From an uncultured Planctomycetota bacterium (GTDB taxonomy: Bacteria; Planctomycetota; Planctomycetia; Isosphaerales; Isosphaeraceae), in contig CAWJTV010000005.1 in the NCBI GenBank assembly GCA_963845755.1, forward strand, positions 768,001-832,000: a stretch of 64,000 nucleotides of DNA. The letters run 5' to 3'. A model generated the notes under the pieces. That model was not told where the DNA came from and did no database searches. It saw only the letters and a list, made by a program, of their open reading frames with translations. Position 1 is the first letter of the stretch, and each line of letters begins with the position of its first letter. The translations under genes were made by a program, and so were the position numbers. Shown piece after piece: positions 40,790 through 49,140 of this stretch.

Positions 40790-42808
40790 TGGCATCTCCT
40801 TCTCATCCGGCTCGCGATACGTCTTTTTGAGTTTCCGCGCCGTCGCGAGGAACACGCACCCCACGTACGCGCTGCGGTCCACGACTTTGACTTCCTGGAA
40901 GCCCGCTTCTTCCAAGAATGACACAGCCTGCACTTCCGTGTAGCGTCTGATGAGGGGTACCATCTCCCGGTTTCTCGCGCGGGCACGCTCGAAGAGTTCC
41001 TTCTTCCTCTCCCATTCGCCCTTCTGTTCCAGGCTGCTCTGGATCTGCCGGAACAGCCTTTCCACGTCGGTCGTCTCGTCGGACGTTGACAGGGAAAGGA
41101 TGCCATCGTACTTCAAGACCCGTCGGATCTCCTTGAGGCATTCCACCGGCTCGTCCAGGGCAAAGAGCACATTCATCATCACGCAGGCGTCGTAAGTCTC
41201 GTCCGCGACACCCGTGAAATCGCCGTTCCCACTCTGGTCATTCGACGATTCCCTCCCACTTAACGCACTGACGCAGTCGCAATGGCTGATGAATGTCCGG
41301 GTCAGGTAATCTTCCCGGCTCGACAGTTTGTCGTGGAGTTTCCGGAGCATGTGGTAGTTGATATCGATGGCGTCTACTCGCCGGGTCGGCGAGGTTTCGA
41401 GGAGCCGGATTGTGGTGCTACCCGTGCCCGCACCGACGTCGAGACAATACTGGGCATCACCAACCAGGTCGGCGACCCGCTTAACGAGCTCTCGGTTCTT
41501 CTCGAAATCGGCGATGATCTCGTCGTAGCAGTCGGCGTAGCGGGACCACAATTCCTCGCGCTGCATTCCGTCCTTGAGCCGCGCCCAAAGCGCAGCCGGT
41601 CGCTCGGCGTAAGTCATGTTTAGAGTCACACACCAATTCCCGCTATCGTCACGTAGCAGTGACGCGAGTTTGACGAACTCGACCAAGCCCAGTCGTCGGG
41701 TTCTTAACACCAATCGCTCCGAGTGGACACGAGGAACCTTGTCGGGCGGCGCACTCGGCGGGAAGTCACGCACCGATGTGGGTCGTACTTCATCTTCCCA
41801 GTTCTCGAGTTGGGTTAGAAAGGTCTGGACATGACTGCCGCGCCGCAGCTTGAGAGGCTCGCCGATGAGGCTTTGAAACGCGGAGTTCCAATGCAGGAAC
41901 CGAAACTTACGGTCGAGGATATACGTTGGGGCGAGGTTGTCCAGCAGCGGGCTTTCTTCCCAGATGCAGAACTCGGCCGGATGGTGTTCGCCCTCAAGAT
42001 CGGTGATCGGTGCGACTACCATGTCAGGCGACGTCGCGTTCTTCACGAAAAGCCGCGGTGTCTGCAGGCAGCCATCTTCCTGCACGCTCTTGTGGATGTG
42101 CCGGAACAGGTTGTTCACGGTGATCAGGCCGAGGACGTTTGAATCGGGAACGGCCCTGGTCATCGCCACTCTTCCCTCGAGTCCGGTGACGAGGTGCTTC
42201 GTGAAGACTCCGAGGCCGGCCTTGGTGTCACCGAAGGCCCGCTCGCCCGCCGAGCACGCCGTCATCAGATAGACGCCTTCTTCTACCGATTTGGACTCCA
42301 GCTTCTCGGCGAGCACTGCACGCTGGATCGCTGTGGCGGTTTGTTCCTCGAAGCGCTGGTCCGAGAAATCCATGGTCCCCTTCGGTTCAAGGCAGTTGCC
42401 CACGGCGCCGCTGTAGCAACAATCCAGCAGCATCAGCACGCGCCGGCACCGAGAGTGTTCGACGGTTTCCAGCACATCGTCGAACGAGACCCGACGATGG
42501 TGGTTAATCTCGTCGGTATCATTGGCGGCAAAGTGGAGGCGAAGCCTGTCATCCAGAAGGCCGTGGCCGGAAAAATAGATGAGGATGAACTCGGGAGCCG
42601 TGCTGAGCGTGGCGAGCGCTGCGATCCGATCCAGGATGGCTGTGCTCGAGTTATCGATCATCGGGTCCCCGACCTGGAACGCCCCACGTTGCTTGCTTTC
42701 CAGGACGACTTTGAGACGGCGAACGTCGTTGACCGGCGTCTCCAGGTTGCGGAGGCTCGGGTAATGGGGAAAATGTCCGTTGGCGATGAGGATGGCATGT
42801 CTGCCCAT
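40766..42808 (-). CDS. caspase-family (peptidase C14) - PAS-like - class I SAM methyltransferase fusion
   Basis: YFSGHG (His82) and LDCCYSG (Cys131); PTYILDRKFRFLHWNSAF PAS-like motif; LDVGAGTG, IDIN and YDACVMMNVLF methyltransferase motifs; ORF intact. Confidence 0.88.
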   Translation of the reverse strand: MGRHAILIANGHFPHYPSLRNLETPVNDVRRLKVVLESKQRGAFQVGDPMIDNSSTAILDRIAALATLSTAPEFILIYFSGHGLLDDRLRLHFAANDTDEINHHRRVSFDDVLETVEHSRCRRVLMLLDCCYSGAVGNCLEPKGTMDFSDQRFEEQTATAIQRAVLAEKLESKSVEEGVYLMTACSAGERAFGDTKAGLGVFTKHLVTGLEGRVAMTRAVPDSNVLGLITVNNLFRHIHKSVQEDGCLQTPRLFVKNATSPDMVVAPITDLEGEHHPAEFCIWEESPLLDNLAPTYILDRKFRFLHWNSAFQSLIGEPLKLRRGSHVQTFLTQLENWEDEVRPTSVRDFPPSAPPDKVPRVHSERLVLRTRRLGLVEFVKLASLLRDDSGNWCVTLNMTYAERPAALWARLKDGMQREELWSRYADCYDEIIADFEKNRELVKRVADLVGDAQYCLDVGAGTGSTTIRLLETSPTRRVDAIDINYHMLRKLHDKLSSREDYLTRTFISHCDCVSALSGRESSNDQSGNGDFTGVADETYDACVMMNVLFALDEPVECLKEIRRVLKYDGILSLSTSDETTDVERLFRQIQSSLEQKGEWERKKELFERARARNREMVPLIRRYTEVQAVSFLEEAGFQEVKVVDRSAYVGCVFLATARKLKKTYREPDEKEMPLTGRPHG

Positions 42809-42837
42809 GGTTGATCCAGGTCGGCGGCTTTGCCGGG

Positions 42838-43252
42838 TTATTCAGCCAACGTGACGAGACCGCTGACGCTATGAACCAGAGCGGCCCAGTTTTCGAGGGC
42901 CGATGTTGCCTGGTCACGGGTTAGCCCCGCGCGGTGAACGTCAAACATTTTGTGTCATCATCGACGTGTAAGTTATAGTGAATCTCGGCATTATCGGCGT
43001 TCGGCTGGACCGCGCGGATCGCCTCGATCAGGGACACCAGAGCACCGCCCGATGCAACGATGGCGAGAGCGGTCAGGGAGACTGATTCGGCCTTACTCTC
43101 GACGAACTCCGCGACAGGTGGCGTCTCACTGGGGGGGGCGACTTGTTGGATGCCTGCCGCATCTCGTAGCAAGTTCCGGAGGTTTGACGCCTGCCGAATC
43201 AAGACATCGCGCGAAGTGTGCGCGACTGAAGTTCGAGCGTGATATGCTGCAT
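42838..43252 (-). CDS. EACC1-like small protease-partner protein, about 137 aa after joining two apparent frameshifts
   Basis: MQHITLELQSR(fs)RDVLIRQASNLRNLLRD...PP...ESKAESVSLTALAIVASGGALVSLIEAIRA...EIHYNLHVD...LTFTARG(fs)LTRDQATSALENW; ends 29 bp before the caspase ATG. Confidence 0.68.
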
Positions 43253-43639
43253 GATAACGCCCTTGATCATGCGGTGAAAGGAGATGGCATCTTCTTCACT
43301 CACCATCGAGACTGCCATCCTGCGCCGCGATCGGTATCTGCGGGGTCGATAACCTGCGACGGCTAGATCGAGCGACGCCGACCAGCGAATGCGGCCGCGC
43401 CGCCGGCATATCGTGACCCCAGCACACGAATCGAAGTTTGCGGGGCGGCACATGTTACTTCTTGATTTGAAACCAAAGCGGCTGCGCGGGTCAAGCTACT
43501 GCCCGTTTTTTCCCGCTCTGCATGACCACCCCGTCCGCTTGTGCAGTCACCTGGAACCCATCGCGGCGACGCAAGCAGATGGAGTTTCCACGGTCACGCG
43601 ATGTGACAATCTGGAGACGTGGAAGTCGTTCGTTGTTCC

Positions 43640-43905
43640 TCATCTCGGCTCTGACTCGTCGGGCGCGACGGGGACCAGGGGTGGTCGGCGCCATACTGGT
43701 ACTTCTTCGCCAGGTTCTCGTGATGGTCCGCGAGCCCTGGGTCCTCCGAAGGCGAGGACCGGATCATCTCAGCCATCTGACCGTGAGACGCGGCCAGCCG
43801 CATGAAATGGGCCGTCCGCTGCCAGAATGTGAGAGCCCCGAGCACCAGGGCGACGAACAGCACCACGATCATCCTCCGCCGCGTCGTCATCCGGGCGAGT
43901 CGCAT
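43640..43905 (-). CDS. small membrane-anchored protein (Isosphaeraceae ...KY..A..PW.PV.PD family), frameshift near 43675
   Basis: MRLARMTTRRRMIVVLFVALVLG...HHENLAKKYQYGADHPW(fs)PVAPDESEPR. Confidence 0.65.
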
Positions 43906-43928
43906 GGGTGCTCTCCGGTTCCATGCGG

Positions 43929-44414
43929 TCATCCTCCGCCGTGGGCGAGGTACGCCTCGACCATCAGGACGTTCGGCCCCGCCCGCTTGATCACCGCCAG
44001 CCGCGTCTCGGCGCTGGAGACCTCTTCCAGTTGCTCGTTGACGAACCACTGGAGGAAGTTCTTGGCGATGTGGTTCTTCTCCGTCGTCGCCAGCTCCACC
44101 AGGTCGTAGATCTGCCGGGTCGTCCGCAGTTCCGAGTCGAGAGCCAGTTGGACAGCATCCTCGGCGGATCGGAACTCGTTTCGTGGTGCAGCGACCTCGG
44201 GGATCACGACCCTCCCCCCCGCGTCGAGCACGAAACGGACGAACTTCATCGCGTGGTCGCGCTCCTCGTCCGCCTGCTTGAAGAAGATCTTGGCCAACCC
44301 GAACAGACATTCGCGCTCGAAGAACGACGCGATGGCGAGATACTGGTTCGAGTTGCCCAGCTCGTGGCCGACCTGGGCGTTGATGGCTTCATTGAACTTT
44401 TCGCTGATCAGCAT
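43929..44414 (-). CDS. ftnA: non-heme ferritin
   Basis: AINAQVGHE...YLAIA...QADEERDHAMKF...FLQWFVNEQLEE ferroxidase ligands. Confidence 0.92.
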   Translation of the reverse strand: MLISEKFNEAINAQVGHELGNSNQYLAIASFFERECLFGLAKIFFKQADEERDHAMKFVRFVLDAGGRVVIPEVAAPRNEFRSAEDAVQLALDSELRTTRQIYDLVELATTEKNHIAKNFLQWFVNEQLEEVSSAETRLAVIKRAGPNVLMVEAYLAHGGG

Positions 44415-44790
44415 GGCTCGCCTTTCTTGGACGCGAGTCGTTACGGGATGACGAGGGGTCGGGACCGGACCGGATCGCCATGATGGTCTAAACTGCGGAC
44501 GATGCTCTTGGGTAGCGTTGCACGGGTCTGAGTTCACTTTACTGACGTCAGAAAAAAAAACCAGTGATGGCAACCGTGACTCGGATTTGAGGTAGGTCGA
44601 GATTTCCCGGTCGGACCGCCGACTATCGCCAAAGGGCTCCTGGTTCAGAAGCAAGAACCCGAACTCATACTCAGACACCTCATTATGAAAACAATGCTTG
44701 CGTGCATTGACGTGAAAGGGTTCCCGGTGGTTCGCGGTCAAGTCGAAACGATCGGCGATCATGAGACGGGATTTCCGGTTGCCAGCAACC

Positions 44791-44843
44791 TTGACAGAGG
44801 TCGCCAACAGCGTTCAAATAACAAACCGACTACTCTGTTTTTT
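44791..44843 (+). promoter_or_regulatory. possible promoter and autoregulatory operator of the TetR gene
   Basis: TTGACA at 44791; imperfect palindrome AACAAACCGACTACTCTGTTT just before the RBS. Confidence 0.35.
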
Positions 44844-44853
44844 GGAGCGGGCG

Positions 44854-45489
44854 ATGAGGACCGTCAGGCAGCCGAGGGCGGTGGAGACGCGGGAGAAGAT
44901 CCTGGGGGAGGCATCGCGCTTGTTCGCCCTGAAGGGCTACCACGATACCAAGCTGGAGGAGGTCCTGAAGGCGGCGCAGGTCACGACGGGGGCATTTTTC
45001 CACCATTTCGGCAGCAAGGAGGAGCTGGGCTTCGCCGTGATCGACCGCCACATGGAGAAGCGTCGACAACTACTGGAGGACATCGAGAGACGCCTGCCGC
45101 CACCGGACCAGGATGACCCGTTGCAGCCGGTGTTCCGGCGACTGGACGCGATTCAGGAGATGATTCGCCGCCGCGAGCAGCGCAAGGGCGGCTGCATCAT
45201 CGGCAATCTCAGCACGGCGCTCAGCGATACCCACGACGCCTTCCGGCGGCGGCTGGCGGAGTGCTTCGAAGAGATGGACCTGGAGTTCAGGCCACACCTG
45301 GCCGCCGCCGCGGTCAAGTATTGCCCAGGGCGGTCCGTGGACGCCGGTGCGTTGGCGCGCTATATCGTGGCCATCGTCGAGGGCTCGATCATGCTCACGC
45401 GCACCCAGCAAGACCGGCACATGATGGCGCGCCACTTCGACTACCTGAAGGAGCACCTGAAGCAATCGCTCTGCGTTCACGGCTCATGA
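44854..45489 (+). CDS. TetR/AcrR-family regulator (NemR/LmrA-like)
   Basis: TREKILGEASRLFALKGYHDTKLEEVLKAAQVTTGAFFHHFGSKEEL; GGCIIGN. Confidence 0.92.
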   Translation: MRTVRQPRAVETREKILGEASRLFALKGYHDTKLEEVLKAAQVTTGAFFHHFGSKEELGFAVIDRHMEKRRQLLEDIERRLPPPDQDDPLQPVFRRLDAIQEMIRRREQRKGGCIIGNLSTALSDTHDAFRRRLAECFEEMDLEFRPHLAAAAVKYCPGRSVDAGALARYIVAIVEGSIMLTRTQQDRHMMARHFDYLKEHLKQSLCVHGS

Positions 45490-45798
45490 GGGAAGGAATG
45501 TTCGGCCCGGCTCGCCGCTCGTCGAACGCGCGTCGTGCTGGCGGAGGTGTCGCCCGACCGTACATGGCCATGTCAATCCTGGGTAGCGAGGACTCGGGAC
45601 CCATGACGAAGCTGAGCGTGTTCGCGATGTCGTACGAGACAGGATCGACACATGTTGGTACGCCATTTCGATGACCTGAAAGAACGGCTACGGCAGGCTT
45701 GCCAGATCCGGGTCGCTCGAGCCCACTACTCGGGTATGCCGTTTGTTCATGCGGATGGGTTGCCTACGAGACGAACTCCAACTGAAGGATAGAACCCG

Positions 45799-46468
45799 AT
45801 GAAGAGTCGCATTCGCTTCCGTGTCGGCGTGATGGCTTTGGCCGTGGTCGCGGTCGCGGGCCAGTCCTCCCAAAGAGCCGCCGCCCAGGTGCCGGATGAG
45901 AACCGCAAGCAGCTCGTGGAGGCCCTGGGCGCTCCCTTCATCGTTTTCCGCGAAAAAGTCCTGGACGAACTCAAGGTCTCCGACGAGCAGAGGGAGAAGC
46001 TGATGCAGTACATGATGGAGCAGATCATGGAAACCGGCCCATTCCTCGACGCGTTGACCGAGACCGGGCAGGAACGTGAAAAAAAGCTCAACGAGCACCG
46101 GAAGCATGCCAAGGAGAAGCTCGACAAGCAACTGAAGGACGTGCTCCAGCCCGGACAACGGAGTCGGTTGCGCCAGGTGACGCTCCAGCGAGAGGGCAGC
46201 TTTTGCCCTCGGCCAGGAGGACGTCCGGAAAGAGCTGAAGATCACGCAGGAGCAACTGAACCAATTCATGGCCGTGGTGCATGACTTGCAAAAGAAGGTC
46301 GAGCCTCTGGTCAAGGAGGCGCACTCGGGCGGCAATCCGGAAGAGATTCGACCGAAAATCGAGCAGCTCCGCAGGGACCACGCCAAGAAGCTCGAAGCCG
46401 TCCTCACCGACGCCCAGAAAAAGCAGTGGCAAGAGCTGCTTGGCCCACCGTTCGAGCTGGGTGATTGA
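45799..46468 (+). CDS. secreted helical protein (Spy/CpxP-like repeats), frameshift near 46205
   Basis: Signal peptide; ELKVSDEQREKL, VLQPGQRSRLRQ, VLTDAQKKQWQELLGPPF. Confidence 0.7.
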
Positions 46469-46517
46469 TCGGGGTCGTCCCCTCACGATGTTGGCTAGAA
46501 TACTCGGGGGTCCTGCG

Positions 46518-47840
46518 ATGAATGATGGAACAACGCGACGCCGTTTTCTCGAGGGTTCCGCCAGCACCGGGGCGGGGCATATCGCTTTGACTACCTTGAG
46601 CGCCAGTCCCTTCGCAGACGTTGTAGGGGCCAATGATCGGGTGCAGATCGGCGTGATTGGGACAGGCGGCCGAGCTTTGCAGTTGATGGACCATTTGATC
46701 CCCAAACCGAGGGATCCTGTTCAAGCCGGAATTCCGCAATGGAAGACAAAGCACGTGGACGGGGCCGACCTGGTGGCCGTGGCAGACGTCTACGAGCCCC
46801 ATCGCAACCAGGCCGCCGCCAGGGCCGGTCCGAACACGACCAAGTTCCACGACTACCGCATGCTCCTGGATCGAAAGGATGTCCAGGCCGTGATCATCGC
46901 GGCCCCCGACCACTGGCACAAACAAATGCTCCTCGATGCAGTCGCGGCGGGAAAGGACGTCTACCTCGAGAAACCGGTGACCCACACGCTCGAGGAAGGT
47001 CCCGACGAGATCCAGGCCGTGGAGAATAGCGACCGGATCGTGCAGACCGGTACCCAACAACGCAGTTGGCCTCACTACGTCCAGGGCCAACAAATCCTCG
47101 CATCGGGGGACCTGGGCGTCGTGCGGCTTGTGGAAGCCTTCTGGTTCATGAATTACGGCGTGAGAGGAGTCAATTCGCTTCCAAGAAGTCAGGTGCCTCC
47201 GGCCAATCTCGACTGGAAGGCCTGGCTGGGCTCGGCGCCCGCCCAGCCTTTCAATCCGATGAAATTCCGGACATGGCGGCAGTTCTGGGATTTTGGCGGC
47301 GGCAATCTTGCCGACTTGATGACCCATGCGATCGAGACTGTTCACTGGTACATGGAGTGCGACACGCCAACCAGCGCGGTTGGCATCGGCCACACTTACG
47401 ACTGGCCCTTTGAGTGTCCGGATAACCTGAGTTGTACGCTGGAGTATCCCAAGGGATTCCTGGTGACTTATGCGGGCTGCCACACGATGGGAATGGATTT
47501 CGGCAGCATCGTCTTCCACGGCTCCAAGGCGACCCTGGAAATCAGCCGGGCCGCTCTGGCTCTCTACGAAGAGGATCGCGGCCGAGGCTGGCCGAAGTTC
47601 AACCGGGCCGAACGGCGCTGGCGGCCGGAGCCCAAGATCTATGTCGAATCCGAGCACGAGGGGACCTCTGACCATCTGCGCAACTGGCTGGAATGCATCC
47701 GCAGCCGGAAGCAGCCCAATGCTCCCATCCGGGTCGGCGTGGCCGCCGCGCGGGCGGCCCATATTGGTAACGCGGCCCTGCGCAGTGGAAAAAAAGTCAA
47801 GTGGGACGAGAAGCAGCAGAAGTTGGTCTTCGCCGAATAG
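46518..47840 (+). CDS. Gfo/Idh/MocA oxidoreductase, Tat-exported
   Basis: TRRRFL, IGVIGTGGR, PDHWH, GKDVYLEKP, GTQQRS. Confidence 0.93.
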   Translation: MNDGTTRRRFLEGSASTGAGHIALTTLSASPFADVVGANDRVQIGVIGTGGRALQLMDHLIPKPRDPVQAGIPQWKTKHVDGADLVAVADVYEPHRNQAAARAGPNTTKFHDYRMLLDRKDVQAVIIAAPDHWHKQMLLDAVAAGKDVYLEKPVTHTLEEGPDEIQAVENSDRIVQTGTQQRSWPHYVQGQQILASGDLGVVRLVEAFWFMNYGVRGVNSLPRSQVPPANLDWKAWLGSAPAQPFNPMKFRTWRQFWDFGGGNLADLMTHAIETVHWYMECDTPTSAVGIGHTYDWPFECPDNLSCTLEYPKGFLVTYAGCHTMGMDFGSIVFHGSKATLEISRAALALYEEDRGRGWPKFNRAERRWRPEPKIYVESEHEGTSDHLRNWLECIRSRKQPNAPIRVGVAAARAAHIGNAALRSGKKVKWDEKQQKLVFAE

Positions 47841-47868
47841 AAGAACGGCGCACGAGAGGAGCAACTCC

Positions 47869-48513
47869 ATGAGTCGGGGCAGGGTTATCATACTGTCGCT
47901 GGCAATCGGAATCGTCGTGGCTGGCATCAGCATGCTCGCGCCAATTCGCGCCGACGACACGGCGGCTTTCAAGCCGCTCTTCAATGGCAGGGATCTCGAA
48001 GGCTGGGAGGCGACCAGGCCGGAGTTGTGGAGCGTCAGGGACGGCATGATCATCGGCAAACAGGGCAAGAATCAGCTCAAGAAAAACACATTCTTGGCAA
48101 CCAAGGAAAAATACGCGGACTTCGTTCTGAAGGCCTCGGTTCGACTGGTAAGAGATGAAGGCAACAGTGGCATCCAGTTCCGGACAAGAATCCTGCCCGA
48201 TGGCACAGCCAGGGGCTATCAGGCCGACGTCGCCAAGGGATACTGGGGCCTGCTTCTGGAGGAAGGCAGCCCGAAGCGACTCATCATCGAGCGGCCTGCT
48301 CCCGAGGCCGTGAAGAAACTGAAGCCCGACGAGTGGAACGAATATGAGATCACCGCCAAAGACCACCACATCACACTGGTATTGAACGGAATCAAGTCCG
48401 TCGATCTGGAAGACACGTCGGGAGACCTCAACGGTGTCGTCGCGCTCCAGCTCCACGTAGGGCCGGTGATGGAGGTGCAATTCAAGGACATCAAGATCAA
48501 GGAATTGGAATAG
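47869..48513 (+). CDS. DUF1080 / 3-keto-disaccharide hydrolase family
   Basis: LFNGRDLEGW, GNSGIQFR, GYQAD, EWNEYEI, G.VALQLH, V.FKDIKIKEL. Confidence 0.9.
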   Translation: MSRGRVIILSLAIGIVVAGISMLAPIRADDTAAFKPLFNGRDLEGWEATRPELWSVRDGMIIGKQGKNQLKKNTFLATKEKYADFVLKASVRLVRDEGNSGIQFRTRILPDGTARGYQADVAKGYWGLLLEEGSPKRLIIERPAPEAVKKLKPDEWNEYEITAKDHHITLVLNGIKSVDLEDTSGDLNGVVALQLHVGPVMEVQFKDIKIKELE

Positions 48514-48599
48514 TGAGCTCTGATGTGGGACGAAACAGGGAGGCGCCTGGTTTTTCAGGACGGCGGAGGCGGCTTGGAGGAAGCCCCTGAAACCGCCCG

Positions 48600-49110
48600 A
48601 CCTTCACACGGAAGTCGGCACGAGATGGCGGCGTGCCGATCATGGCGGGGATCGGCTCAGCAACGCCCCAGAGGTAAAACTTGAGGGCGAGCCCTTTCGC
48701 CACTGCAGCGGTGCGGCTGATGATCCGAGGCCATCTTCGTGATGCGCTCATACGTCATGCATAGCAGGCATTCCGTGATCGAGCAAGAGATCGGTGGGAA
48801 TGCGAGGTCATGGAAACGGGGGGGGAAACCTCAGGGCCAGAGCTCGGGATCCTGGGGAAGTCCTCAATTGGAGGCCAAGAACGGATCCCGACCCTTTTGT
48901 GCCTTTTCTCGCCGCGTGGCTGATGGGCGGCTCCGTCGCCGGCCCGGCGATCAGCCCGAGCTCATGGTCTCCGCCGTACTCGTGCTCGGCAAGTTCGTGG
49001 GCGACCATCTCCTCCGCCCGGTCCGCGATCCGGGTGCGCCGCCACATCCTCCGGGTGTCCTCCTCGTAGTTCGCCAGAAACTCGGGATTCATCAGCCCCG
49101 AATCCAACGT
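48600..49110 (-). pseudogene. remnants of two coupled hypothetical genes
   Basis: 5'-truncated ORF with AHELAEH motif (48808-49107), ATGA-coupled to a second frame with an internal TGA. Confidence 0.4.
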
Positions 49111-49140
49111 GATCTATTACGAGTGCGACACGGTACCCCT

